Positions 28,923 through 38,820 of a stretch of DNA of 64,000 bases are shown here, in pieces. The number at the start of each line of letters is the position of its first letter. Position 1 is the stretch's first letter. The translations under genes were made by a program, and so were the position numbers. A model generated the notes under the pieces. The model had not been told where the DNA came from. It worked only from the letters and a program-made list of their open reading frames with translations, and searched no databases. Source of the DNA: Bacteroidales bacterium (GTDB lineage Bacteria; Bacteroidota; Bacteroidia; Bacteroidales; F082); the NCBI GenBank assembly GCA_045656905.1, contig JAZOSA010000039.1:417-64416 (forward strand), read 5' to 3'.

Positions 28923-29038
28923 TGGGCGTTCCGGCAAAGCCGTCGGGCTTTCCGCTATATCTTTTTCCGCTACGCTCCAAAAGGATGCCGCTTCAATCCC
29001 TAACGCACTGGCGGCGATTAGACATCAGTGGTCGGTAG
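28923..29038 (+). repeat. GC-rich interspersed repeat, copy B (internally deleted)
   Basis: It keeps both ends of the 165-bp element (TGGGCGTTCC...GGGCTTTCCGCTATATCTTT and AAGGATGCCGCTTCAATCCCTAACGC). It also keeps the ACTGGCGGCGAT tail seen after copy C. Confidence 0.8.
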
Positions 29039-29097
29039 TTGAAAACTGAAAATTTAAATTATTGAATGAAAATTTATTAACTTAAAAGATAGATAAA

Positions 29098-29622
29098 ATG
29101 ATTAACAAACAATTACAAGACGCTATCAATGCGCAGATAAACGCTGAGTTATGGTCAGCTTATCTTTATTTGTCAATGGCAACAAACTTCCACGAAATGG
29201 GTTTAGGCGGCATCGCTAACTGGTTTGAAGTTCAGTTCAAAGAAGAACAAGACCACGCTATGATTTTCTATAACTACTTGGTATCACGTGGCGGTCGCGT
29301 TGAACTTAAAGCTATCGACGCAGTCAAGACAAAATGGGAATCACCATTGGAAGCTTTTGAAGATACATTGGAACACGAAGAAAAAGTCACTTCTTTAATC
29401 AACAATATCAATGCTTTGGCAGTTGAGTTGAAAGACTACGCAACACAAAACAGACTCGTTTGGTTCATCGACGAACAAGTTGAAGAAGAAGAATCAGCAC
29501 AAAAGATGATCGACAGTCTCCGCATGATTAAAGACAATCCATACGCTATCTATATGTTCGACAAAGAATTAGCAGCAAGAACATATACACAAGCATCACC
29601 ACTTGCTACAGCAGCTGAATGA
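29098..29622 (+). CDS. ftnA: Ferritin (non-haem bacterial ferritin)
   Basis: 174 aa; ferroxidase-centre pattern ELWSAYLYLSM...EEQDHAMIF...LEHEEKV. Confidence 0.9.
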   Translation: MINKQLQDAINAQINAELWSAYLYLSMATNFHEMGLGGIANWFEVQFKEEQDHAMIFYNYLVSRGGRVELKAIDAVKTKWESPLEAFEDTLEHEEKVTSLINNINALAVELKDYATQNRLVWFIDEQVEEEESAQKMIDSLRMIKDNPYAIYMFDKELAARTYTQASPLATAAE

Positions 29623-29660
29623 ATTTTAGAATTCTAGAATTTTAGAACTTTAGAATTATA

Positions 29661-29698
29661 AAAAAAAAGCATCGTAGAATTTTCTGCGATGCTTTTTT
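29661..29698. terminator. Bidirectional rho-independent terminator between the convergent ferritin and fucosidase genes
   Basis: A9, then stem GCATCG/CGATGC, then T6. Confidence 0.65.
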
Positions 29699-29796
29699 GT
29701 TTGGTGCCTGGGCCTGTCGAAGGCAATGCTGGCGTTTCGACAAGCTCAGCGACCGACAAGTTCAAAGTTCAATAGCCAATAGCCTTAGTTCAAAGT

Positions 29797-31335
29797 TCAA
29801 AAACTCTTTCTCACAATAATTTTCTTCACTTCCAACCCGAGTGGTTCCAATGGATAGCATCTGTCGGCTTGGTCGAGTCTGAATGTTTGTTTGCCAGCTT
29901 TGAGGTTCATCTTTCCAACGTATGAAGTCTGAATCATTGGGTCGACGCCTGGCAAAGTGTGAGCGATGACGTTGTCGCCGCATTCGAAAGAATATCTCTT
30001 GTCTAAGTTTTCTGGGATATAAACTACGAATACGTCGTATGTTCCGTCTTCAGCGACTTCCATTTCCCATGAACGCCATGAGTCTGTCTGTGTGCTCATG
30101 TAACCTGTTCCGTCAATAGCGGCGTGTTTTGTGCCATTGGCTTCTGTCAATTCAAAAGCTCCGTTTTCAGATTTCACGACAGGGATTTCTCTGTGTCTTA
30201 TCTCAATCTTATTCAATGTGTCTGGATGTTGGTTCAAGAATTCGCCGATTTGTGTCAACACTTCTTTTTCGTAAGGGATGACGTTGCCGTCGCCGTCAGG
30301 ACCGATGTTGAGCAAGAATACTCCGCCGTTGCTTACGGTGTTGAATAATCTTCCTAATTGTGTCGCGACTTGCTTGTCGATGTCAGGACGGTTGATCCAT
30401 GATTTGTAGCCCCATGTTCCGTACATTGATGCTGGGTTGTCCCAGAAGATGTTTTCATAACCAGCCACGTCGCCGTTGTCAGGCAATGTCATATAGTCGC
30501 CTTGGTTGTTCATGATTCTTCCGTTGATGATACATTCTGGTTGCAATGACTTCACTGTCTCGCGGAAACGCTTGCTTTGTTCTGGTGTCACGAGACCCAT
30601 GTCGAACCATAAAGTGTTGATGTCGCCGTAGTTGGTGAGCAGTTCTGTCACTTGAGCGACGATATAATCTTCGAGTTCTGGTGTCACTATTTCAAGAGGA
30701 GAGTAAACTTGGTTTACATATTCGTGGCATTTTGTCGTTGGATCTGGAGCGAGGCGTGGGATGCCGAGAGGGTAGTGCCAGTCAGGAAGTGAGTAGTAGA
30801 GACCGAATTTGATGCCGTGGCGTTGGCAAGCTTCCGACAATTCTTTCACCACGTCGCGACCGAAAGGAGTGAAGTCGACTACGTTATAGTCGGTAGTCTC
30901 GGTGTGGAACATGCAAAATCCGTCGTGATGTTTTGATGTCATGACGATATATTTCATGCCGGCGTTTTTAGCAAGAAACACTATCTCGTCGGCGTTGAAG
31001 TCTTTAGGGTTGAATTCTCTGGCGACGGCTTCGTATTCTTCTGTCGTGATACGGGCGTGGTTCATGATTTGTTCGCCGTAGAATGGAATCTTTTCGCCTT
31101 TCCACCAACCAGCGAGTTCAGAATAAATGCCGAAGTGGATGAACATTCCGAAGTGTTCTGAACGCCATTCTTCCAAGGCTTTCTGTGTTGTTTCATCTTG
31201 TAGAGACGTCACCCCCGTGGCGTCTTCTGTGGCGTTTTTGCATGATGTCGCAGTTGTGCCTTTGTCGTTTTTTGAAAAATTGCACGATGTTAACAAAATC
31301 ATCGCAGCGAGTAACGAATAAATAAGGTGTTTCAT
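29797..31335 (-). CDS. Alpha-L-fucosidase (GH29) lipoprotein
   Basis: 512 aa from the ATG at 31335; lipobox ILLTSC; GH29 N-terminal motif HFGMFIHFGIYS; HHDGF. The -7 box at 31366-31373 excludes the longer ORF start. Confidence 0.85.
   Translation of the reverse strand: MKHLIYSLLAAMILLTSCNFSKNDKGTTATSCKNATEDATGVTSLQDETTQKALEEWRSEHFGMFIHFGIYSELAGWWKGEKIPFYGEQIMNHARITTEEYEAVAREFNPKDFNADEIVFLAKNAGMKYIVMTSKHHDGFCMFHTETTDYNVVDFTPFGRDVVKELSEACQRHGIKFGLYYSLPDWHYPLGIPRLAPDPTTKCHEYVNQVYSPLEIVTPELEDYIVAQVTELLTNYGDINTLWFDMGLVTPEQSKRFRETVKSLQPECIINGRIMNNQGDYMTLPDNGDVAGYENIFWDNPASMYGTWGYKSWINRPDIDKQVATQLGRLFNTVSNGGVFLLNIGPDGDGNVIPYEKEVLTQIGEFLNQHPDTLNKIEIRHREIPVVKSENGAFELTEANGTKHAAIDGTGYMSTQTDSWRSWEMEVAEDGTYDVFVVYIPENLDKRYSFECGDNVIAHTLPGVDPMIQTSYVGKMNLKAGKQTFRLDQADRCYPLEPLGLEVKKIIVRKSF
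31198..31239 (+). repeat. TGTAGAGACG-family hairpin repeat embedded in the fucosidase coding sequence
   Basis: TTGTAGAGACGTCACCCCCGTGGCGTCT matches 57404-57431 at 27 of 28 positions. On the minus strand it encodes KNATEDATGVTSLQ in the post-lipobox linker. Confidence 0.8.
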
Positions 31336-31365
31336 TATAGAAAATTTTATTGATTTCAATTTTTG

Positions 31366-31373
31366 CAAAGATA
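31366..31373 (-). promoter_or_regulatory. -7 box (TATCTTTG on the minus strand)
   Basis: CAAAGATA on the plus strand, 30 nt upstream of the ATG at 31335. Confidence 0.45.
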
Positions 31374-31482
31374 GGAAAAAAGTCAACAGACAACGGACAA
31401 CCGACAACAGACTTTTTTGAACTCTTAACTCTTAACTCTTAACTCTGACACAGACTCTACACTCTACACTTTACACTTTCTT

Positions 31483-31680
31483 TGGGCGTTCCGCTTCGCG
31501 TCGGGCTTTCCGCTATATCTTTGCTCGCCTCATTTCCATCTCGCATCCAAAATTAGACCTCGGCACTTCGACAAGCTCAGTGACCTCGTCATCGTCCCCG
31601 AAACTCGTTCCCGACTTGCTCGCAAAGGATGCCGCTCCAATCCCTAACGCATTGGCGGCGATGAGCACCGAGGTGCGAGC
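31483..31680 (+). repeat. GC-rich ~165-bp interspersed repeat, copy C (plus a ~30-bp tail shared with copy B)
   Basis: See copy A. About 58% GC inside very AT-rich intergenic DNA. Confidence 0.85.
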
Positions 31681-31791
31681 TATGAGCATAGATTGCCGAG
31701 TCTATTACAACACCTTTGCTAGAAACTTCCAACCTTTAAATTAGGAAAACCGCTAACTGCTGACCGCTGACTGCTAACTGCTAACTTTCAA

Positions 31792-32550
31792 TTATTCATT
31801 GACTCCATATCCGAAAAGCGCGAAGTCGTATTTTATCGGGTCGTCGGCATCTAATTCTCTGAGTTTCGATGTGATTTCTTCAACGGTAGTTCTGTCGTTG
31901 CTTTTTCTTTCGATGAGACCGAGTTCGCGTGATATTCTTCCGACGTGTACATCAAGCGGAATCATCAAGTCTGAAGGCTTGATTTTATTCCATATCCCGA
32001 TGTCGACGATGCCGTCATTTCTCACGAGCCATCTCAGCGCGAGGTGGAGTCTTTTGCAAGCAGAGCCTTTCTTTGGGTAGTCGCAGCAAGGGTTGGAGAT
32101 ATGAACGCTGCTCGTTCCATCGTTGGCTTTTTGTATCCTGTCTCTGAAATTCTGGATTCCCTGCCACGCATCGTGATTTCCGTCTAAAGCGAAGATGTCT
32201 TCCAGACTTTGATGTTCTTCGTAAATGTCTTTCAATCCGTTGCAATAATAAATAAGGTCACGGTTGAAGAAAGTGCGATGAACGCATTTGTCGGAATCGA
32301 GTTTTTTCCAGCCGTCGGACATCACGAAGTCATAAGGAGATTTTCCCATTGTGTTGAGCAGTCTGTTGGCTGAGTTGAGAATCATAGAGCGTTTGCCCCA
32401 AGCTATAGTAGCGATGAGGAACGACACTATTTCAATGTCGTTTTTCTGTGAATAACGACGAGGAAACTGCACTGGGTCGCTGTCGGCGAACTCTGGCACA
32501 TTATATTTCACGACTAATTCGTCGAGGTGGTTTTTCAATTCAGAATTCAT
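31792..32550 (-). CDS. TIGR02757 (DUF2400) family protein
   Basis: 252 aa; N-terminal LDELVVKYNVPEFADSDPVQFPRRY matches my recollection of this family. Confidence 0.6.
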   Translation of the reverse strand: MNSELKNHLDELVVKYNVPEFADSDPVQFPRRYSQKNDIEIVSFLIATIAWGKRSMILNSANRLLNTMGKSPYDFVMSDGWKKLDSDKCVHRTFFNRDLIYYCNGLKDIYEEHQSLEDIFALDGNHDAWQGIQNFRDRIQKANDGTSSVHISNPCCDYPKKGSACKRLHLALRWLVRNDGIVDIGIWNKIKPSDLMIPLDVHVGRISRELGLIERKSNDRTTVEEITSKLRELDADDPIKYDFALFGYGVNE

Positions 32551-32770
32551 AATGCATAATTAAATGACTGCAAAAATAAGGTCTAAATGTCAATAAAGCA
32601 AAGGAAAAAAAGTTAAAGTTTATTAAGAAAAAAAGCACCTAGCTGGGAACTGAGGTGCTTTCCAAAATTGAGAAAATTGAAATGTATAACCAAAACCGAA
32701 TATAATACAATTGTAATGTTGTTTTTGTTCAAAGAGAATGAATTTTTTTTATTCCTGTGTCTCTGCAACT

Positions 32771-35700
32771 TTACTCCTCTGTGTCTAAATGCTTGTTGTC
32801 TTGTAGTCTCGTTGTCTTGTAGTCTTTCTTATCAGTAATCAAGAAGAAGTTCGGCACGAACAGTGTTCCGAAGATTGTATTCGTAAACATTCCGAAGACG
32901 ACGGCAGTGCCGAGTGCGATACGTGCTTCGGCGCCCGCACCGCTCGCAAACATAAGTGGCAACACGCCGAGCACGAAAGCCAACGACGTCATCAGAATAG
33001 GTCTCAACCTGACGCGTCCTGCCTCCAAAGCAGCTTGCGCTTTCGTCATGCCTGCTTTCCTGTAATCAACGGCGAACTCCACAATCAAAATGGCGTTCTT
33101 CGCAGACAATGCAATCAATAATATAATACCGATTTGGGAATATATACTGATAGGTAATGCCATCACGATGCAACCTAAAACAACGCCGAGCAGTGCCAAT
33201 GGCACACTTAAAATGACAGCGAATGGATTGCCCCAACTTTCGTACATTGCCGCTAAAACCAAGATTACCAATATTATCGCAAGGGCGAATATCATAGAAA
33301 CACTTGAACTTGACAATTTTTCCTGATAAGCGACGGAGGTCCATTCGTAACCGAAGTTATTTCCTAATAATTTTTTAGAAATGTTTTCAAGTGCGTCCAT
33401 CGCCTCGGAACTGCTGTATCCTTCCGCAGCGATGGCGGTGATGTTAGCGGCAGGGTAGAGGTTGTATCTGTTTATCTGCGTCTGTCCCATCTTTTCCTCA
33501 ATATTACAGAATGCTGAGAATGGAACCATCTGTCCGTCAGTGTTTTCTACGCTTAACTTCAAAATGTCGTTGATGACTTTCCTGTCGCCTTGATTGGCTT
33601 GAATGATGACTTGATAAATGTTGTTGAACTTGATGAAATCGTTGGCGAAACTTGATCCCATATATGAAGAAAGCGCATCAAAGACTTGATTTAACTGTAA
33701 TCCCATCATGCCAATTTTATCCCTGTTTATATTCAAGAAATATTGAGGACTATTACCTTGAAACTGATTTTGAAGGTACATCAATGCTGGCTCTTGATGG
33801 TAATTTTCCATTATTGTATTGACAGCGTTTTCTAACTCTGTAGTTCCTAAGTTGTTACGGTCTTCTAATACGAATGCTAAACCTCCAGAAGCACCGAGTC
33901 CTGGGATAGAAGGTGGGTTGACTGCGAATATGTTAGCTTCTTGTATCTCAACGGATTCTGCATTGATTCTGTCGATGACAGCTTCTGCGGATTGCGACTT
34001 GCCCTTACGTTCGTCCCAGTCTTTCAGCATTACGAAGACGCTGGCCTCGTTGGAACTGTTGCCACCTTTTACGAATGAAAATCCGTTGATAACCAAATAT
34101 GTATCAATTTCTGAATATTTGTCTAATCTTTTGGAAAGTTCTTCCGTGACTTTTTCTGTTCTTTCTAAACTCGCTGAGTTGGGCAATTGAACAGTTATTA
34201 AGAAATATCCTAAATCTTCATTTGGTAAAAATTCATTAGGTAATTTAAAGAAAATAAACATTGTGATTACAGAAACGATGACGAATGTCGTAAGCGCAAT
34301 TGCTGGTTTTCTTAAAAATGTTTTTACGATGCCGATATATAATCCTAATGTCTTGTCGTATAATTTGTTAAACCATTTGAGACTCCATTTTTCTTCTTTT
34401 AAAAACAATACGCACATCGCAGGAGTGAATATCAAGGAAATGAAACCGGAAATTACTGTGGCAGTGGCGATTGTGAGTGCAAATTGCTTGTAGAGTTCTC
34501 CTGTGATTCCTCCGATGAATGCTGTTGGAATGAAGACGGCGAGCAGTACCAAAACGATGCTTATCACCGGTCCTTGTATTTCTTTCATGGCTTCCGTAAC
34601 GGCTTCTTTACGAGAATATTTCTTCGATTCAATAAGTCGCGATGAGTTTTCCACCACGACGATGGCGTCATCGACAACGATGGCAATTGCCAGAACCAAT
34701 CCGAATAATGTTAATAAATTTATGGAAAATCCTAAAAGTCGCATCACGGCGAATGTTCCTAATAATGAGATTGGGATTGTGAGCGCGGGAATGATGACGG
34801 CGCGGAAGTTTTGTAAGAACAAGAACATCACCAAGATAACGAGCAATGTCGTTTCTGCTATTGTGACCAATACTTCGTCAATGGATGCGGTGACGTATTT
34901 TGTGTTGTCCATTACGATTTTCATCGTAACTCCTTCAGGAAGATACTGTTGCAAGTCGTTGACCTTAGTCTTCACTTCTTTTGCTACGTCCAATGCGTTA
35001 GAACCTGGCATCTGATTTATTCCGATAGCTGCAATTTCTTTTCCTTTCATCGTTGTCACGACTGAATATGATTGCGAACCAAGTTCTATCTTTGCGATGT
35101 CTTTAAGTCTCAGGTATTTACCTCCATCTAAAGTACGAATTATAATGTTGCCGAATTCTTCCACATCGACCAATCGTCCTTTAGTACTGATGCTATATTG
35201 AAACGCCATATTGCCAGAAGTAGGAGGTGCGCCGACGGAACCAGCCGAAACTTCCATATTCTGTGCTTTTATCATCGATAACACTTCGTCAGGAGTTATA
35301 TCTCTGATTCTCATTATCTCTGGGTCGAGCCAGACTCGCATTGCATAGTCGGAAGCTCCGAAGACGTGAACGTCACCGACACCTTTAAGTCGTGCCAATT
35401 CATTGACGATATTGATATTGGCGTAATTGGACAGAAATAAGCCGTCATATTCTTCTAAGTCGCTGTCAAGTACGATGAACATCAATTGATTAGGACTTCT
35501 TTTCTTCACGGTGATGCCTTGTTGTTTTACAGAAGAAGGAAGATTCGCTTCTGCGAGGTTGACGCGGTTTTGTACCATGACGGCAGCTTCGTCGATGTCG
35601 GTCCCGAGTTCAAAAGTCACTGTTAATGAATATTCTCCATCGCTTGAAGAACTGGAACTCATGTACATCATGTTTTCCACGCCGTTGACTTGTTGCTCAA

Positions 35701-35896
35701 TGGGAACGCCTACGGTTTGCGCTACGGTCTCAGCGCTTGCTCCAGGATAAAATGATGATACCATGACGGTTGGAGGCGTGATGTCGGGATATTGAGCTAC
35801 GGGTAAAGTTCTCAATGTCACCAATCCAGCGATGACGATGACGATGGCGATGACGGTAGAAAAAATCGGTCTGTCGATAAAGTATTTAGAAATCAT
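32771..35896 (-). CDS. RND efflux transporter permease (AcrB family), operon 3
   Basis: 1041 aa; FIDRPIFSTVIAIVIVIAG; AIVVDDAIVVVEN. Confidence 0.95.
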   Translation of the reverse strand: MISKYFIDRPIFSTVIAIVIVIAGLVTLRTLPVAQYPDITPPTVMVSSFYPGASAETVAQTVGVPIEQQVNGVENMMYMSSSSSSDGEYSLTVTFELGTDIDEAAVMVQNRVNLAEANLPSSVKQQGITVKKRSPNQLMFIVLDSDLEEYDGLFLSNYANINIVNELARLKGVGDVHVFGASDYAMRVWLDPEIMRIRDITPDEVLSMIKAQNMEVSAGSVGAPPTSGNMAFQYSISTKGRLVDVEEFGNIIIRTLDGGKYLRLKDIAKIELGSQSYSVVTTMKGKEIAAIGINQMPGSNALDVAKEVKTKVNDLQQYLPEGVTMKIVMDNTKYVTASIDEVLVTIAETTLLVILVMFLFLQNFRAVIIPALTIPISLLGTFAVMRLLGFSINLLTLFGLVLAIAIVVDDAIVVVENSSRLIESKKYSRKEAVTEAMKEIQGPVISIVLVLLAVFIPTAFIGGITGELYKQFALTIATATVISGFISLIFTPAMCVLFLKEEKWSLKWFNKLYDKTLGLYIGIVKTFLRKPAIALTTFVIVSVITMFIFFKLPNEFLPNEDLGYFLITVQLPNSASLERTEKVTEELSKRLDKYSEIDTYLVINGFSFVKGGNSSNEASVFVMLKDWDERKGKSQSAEAVIDRINAESVEIQEANIFAVNPPSIPGLGASGGLAFVLEDRNNLGTTELENAVNTIMENYHQEPALMYLQNQFQGNSPQYFLNINRDKIGMMGLQLNQVFDALSSYMGSSFANDFIKFNNIYQVIIQANQGDRKVINDILKLSVENTDGQMVPFSAFCNIEEKMGQTQINRYNLYPAANITAIAAEGYSSSEAMDALENISKKLLGNNFGYEWTSVAYQEKLSSSSVSMIFALAIILVILVLAAMYESWGNPFAVILSVPLALLGVVLGCIVMALPISIYSQIGIILLIALSAKNAILIVEFAVDYRKAGMTKAQAALEAGRVRLRPILMTSLAFVLGVLPLMFASGAGAEARIALGTAVVFGMFTNTIFGTLFVPNFFLITDKKDYKTTRLQDNKHLDTEE

Positions 35897-35900
35897 AGCT

Positions 35901-37028
35901 TCAATTATTAATAGGTTCGACTTTCATTCCTGAACGTACTTTTAACAAAGCTTTCGTGACGAATTTTTCGTCTGGCGACAATCCAGATTTGACATGAATG
36001 AGACTGTCGTTGATAATCTCTCCGACTTCTATATGTCTGTAAGATACGATGTTATCTTCATTTACAATATAAATGTATCTTCCTAACTGGTCAGTTCCAG
36101 TTGAGGCGTCAGGTATTAAAATTGCATTGTCTTCTTCTCCGTAAGGAAGTGAAACGGTGCAATACATACCGCTTTTGAGGTCGTATTTTGAGTTCTCAAA
36201 AAGTGCTCGTAATGTGAGAGTTCCAGTTTTAAGATTGACGAATGGCGATATATAATTAGGTGTCGCCTTGATAGGAGGGAAGTCGCCTTCTTGCATATTG
36301 ACATAGACTTTTTCGGGTAAGGAGTTTTCCCAGTTCTGTGATGACATTCTTATCATAAGATATTGATTGTCTTCGATGTTGAAATAAGCATAGATTGGGT
36401 CGTTGTTGTATATCGTAGTGAGTTTGAAAGGGTTGCCGTCGCTGCCGGAGACATATTCGCCTTCGCCAGCGCCGCTCGTGGTGAGGACTCCTGAAATTGG
36501 AGCTTTTACATAACAGTAACTCAATGTGTTCTGAGCTGTTTTTAAGTTGGCTTCTGCAGTCTGTACGTTGGCATCAGCAGTGCGCACATTAGTCTCCGCC
36601 TGTATCAAGTCGATTTGACTGATGGCGTCACTTTTTGAAGCCTCCAACATTCTTTGGTAGTTGTTTTTGTAATAATCTAACGACGCTTGTGCCGACTTCA
36701 AATTTGCTTCGGCTTTCTTTACTTCATTTTCATAAACCGTTGGTTCTATGATATAAAGCAAATCTCCTTCGTTGATATATTGTCCGGAACTGAAGTTTTG
36801 CAGTGTAACATAACCGCTTACGCGTCCGACGACATCTACGATGTTATTGGATAATAAATATCCGGGATAATCTTTATGTAAGACAATAGGCATTACATAA
36901 GGTCTTGAAACACTTACTTTAGGAATGGGATTATTATTGTCTTTATTAGACTTTCCTTTGCACGAAAAGAAAAGAGTCATCGTTGCTAAAACGATGATTG
37001 CTAATGATATAAATTTATTTGTTTTCAT
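35901..37028 (-). CDS. RND efflux periplasmic adaptor lipoprotein, operon 3
   Basis: 375 aa; lipobox LFFSC; coiled-coil hairpin (ANLKSAQASLDYYKNNYQRM...). Its own stop lies 4 nt before the pump ATG. Confidence 0.9.
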   Translation of the reverse strand: MKTNKFISLAIIVLATMTLFFSCKGKSNKDNNNPIPKVSVSRPYVMPIVLHKDYPGYLLSNNIVDVVGRVSGYVTLQNFSSGQYINEGDLLYIIEPTVYENEVKKAEANLKSAQASLDYYKNNYQRMLEASKSDAISQIDLIQAETNVRTADANVQTAEANLKTAQNTLSYCYVKAPISGVLTTSGAGEGEYVSGSDGNPFKLTTIYNNDPIYAYFNIEDNQYLMIRMSSQNWENSLPEKVYVNMQEGDFPPIKATPNYISPFVNLKTGTLTLRALFENSKYDLKSGMYCTVSLPYGEEDNAILIPDASTGTDQLGRYIYIVNEDNIVSYRHIEVGEIINDSLIHVKSGLSPDEKFVTKALLKVRSGMKVEPINN

Positions 37029-37074
37029 ATATTTTGAATTTAATCTTTAAACTATAAACTATAAACTCTCAACC

Positions 37075-38541
37075 TTACAAGGAACCTCCTAAGGCTGTAT
37101 ATAATCTTACCAAGGCGAGCAGTGCTGAATTCCAAGCGTTTACCAAGTAATTCTGGTCGGAGAGAACGGTACGTTGAGCATCGAGTACGTTGGTGAAAGT
37201 GCCGAGACCTCTTTTGTATAAGTCGATGGAGAGTTCTAAAGTCTTGTTACCTTGTTCCACGACTTGTTGTCCCATTTCGATGGTTTTTAAAGCATTAGCA
37301 TAATTGCTCATTTCTGTTTCCACTTCTTGAATGGCATTCAAAATCACATTGTTATAATTGTCGATACTTTCGTCAAGGGCGATTTCTGCCATCTGAACAG
37401 ATTTCCTGACTTCCATTCCAGAAAATAGATTCCACGAGATAGATGGTGTCAGTTGAAACATCATACTTTCATTATTGAAAAATTTCTCTAAATCGTGAGA
37501 GAGATAACCGAAACTGCCAGTTATCTTGAATTTTGGATAGAAGTCGGCTTTAGTAGCGCCGATGCTAGCAGCTTGAGCCTCGATATTTAACTCGGCTTGT
37601 CGTACGTCAGGACGATTTCTTATCACATCGGCAGGAATACCGACATTGACGATATGTCTGATACTTGGGAGTTCGCTAATATCATTGAAACTGTCTTTTA
37701 AATTAGAAGGATATGTCCCTAATAGAATAGCCAAGTTGTTGACACATTGTGTGATGTAAGCGTCTAATCTTGGAATCGTGGCTAAGGTGTTATAATAAAC
37801 AGACTTAGCCTGAGACACGTCTAGTTGTGTTCCGAGACCAGACTCGTAACGCGCGATGGTGATGTCAAGTATGTTTTTCTCTGAAGCGATGTTCTGATTT
37901 GCAACGATGAGCTGCTGCTGATAAGAACGCAGGTTGAAATACACAGTAGCGACTTGAGCGCATAGATTTAAAATCGCATCTTGATAGGAAGCTTCCGTCG
38001 CAAGATAGGATTTCTTGTTAGATCTGACAATGTTTCTGTTTTTGCCAAAGACATCGATTTCCCAACTCGCATTGAGACCAGCGTTTAGGTAGCCATTGGT
38101 GCGATATTGGTCGCTGCTTGTCTCTTCGTAATAATTCAAACTTGTTTCGCTCAAATCGTATTGAGCGTCAAGACTTAAACTTGGATAAAACGCAGATTTA
38201 GACTGCTGGTAAAGTAACCTTGATTTTTCTAATGTTGCTTCGATGGATTGCAGGTTGTAGTTGTTGCTTAAAGCGACAGCCATTAAAGAATCCAAGGTGG
38301 AGTCTTTGAATCTTGTCCACCAGTCGTAATCCGTGATGTCGTTGTTAAGATAGATGGTGTCGATCTGCCATTTCTCAGGGATGGAAATCTCCAAATCTAT
38401 TTCTTTTTGGGCAGAACTTCGTAGGGGAAAAAGAAATAATAAGACTAATGATAAAAGTCCAAAGACTAGAGATGTGGACGAAGATTGTTGACCGTTGTCT
38501 GTTGACTGTTGACTTTTCATAATTCTGTTTTTTCTCATCAA
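37075..38541 (-). CDS. Outer membrane efflux protein (TolC family), operon 3
   Basis: 488 aa; OEP repeats; C-terminal LYTALGG. The start is uncertain (ATG at 38541 or 38520), and residues KSQQSTDNGQQSS are encoded by a GTCAACA word repeat. Confidence 0.85.
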   Translation of the reverse strand: MMRKNRIMKSQQSTDNGQQSSSTSLVFGLLSLVLLFLFPLRSSAQKEIDLEISIPEKWQIDTIYLNNDITDYDWWTRFKDSTLDSLMAVALSNNYNLQSIEATLEKSRLLYQQSKSAFYPSLSLDAQYDLSETSLNYYEETSSDQYRTNGYLNAGLNASWEIDVFGKNRNIVRSNKKSYLATEASYQDAILNLCAQVATVYFNLRSYQQQLIVANQNIASEKNILDITIARYESGLGTQLDVSQAKSVYYNTLATIPRLDAYITQCVNNLAILLGTYPSNLKDSFNDISELPSIRHIVNVGIPADVIRNRPDVRQAELNIEAQAASIGATKADFYPKFKITGSFGYLSHDLEKFFNNESMMFQLTPSISWNLFSGMEVRKSVQMAEIALDESIDNYNNVILNAIQEVETEMSNYANALKTIEMGQQVVEQGNKTLELSIDLYKRGLGTFTNVLDAQRTVLSDQNYLVNAWNSALLALVRLYTALGGSL

Positions 38542-38665
38542 ACAAAAAAATGAAATAAAGGTTTTGTTAAAATAAAATAACTAAAGTTGTTAAAAATGAC
38601 AAGGGATAATGTTGAGATAAGGTTTATAACTCATTGTTTCTTAATAATTTTTAAGAAAAAAGTTC

Positions 38666-38696
38666 TTGACATTTAATGCTTATAATAGTATCTTTG
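38666..38696 (+). promoter_or_regulatory. Promoter of the GxxExxY gene (-33 TTGACA 38666-38671, -7 TATCTTTG 38689-38696)
   Basis: Consensus match with 17-nt spacing. It ends 11 nt before repeat copy 1. Confidence 0.5.
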
Positions 38697-38707
38697 TAAA
38701 GAAAAAC

Positions 38708-38784
38708 CTCCACGTATCACGAGTATCACACGAATGTTTTGAGGTTGTGAAAAAAATACGTGCAGATACGAGAGATTCGTGGAG
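38708..38784. repeat. CTCCACG...CGTGGAG palindromic repeat, copy 1 (77 bp)
   Basis: CTCCACGTATCACGAGTATCACACGAATG...GTGCAGATACGAGAGATTCGTGGAG. The arms are imperfect reverse complements. Confidence 0.95.
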
Positions 38785-38820
38785 AAAGGTGAAGAATACG
38801 TGGAATTAAAAACCAAAGAT

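Noticed and set aside
22900-29000. The accessory-looking patch (DUF4160/DUF2442, hydrolase, methyltransferase, GNAT TA) might be a genomic island, prophage remnant or ICE.
   Set aside because: There is no integrase, transposase, tRNA or att-like boundary apart from the local 108-bp repeats. The genes are few and lack mobility or phage functions.
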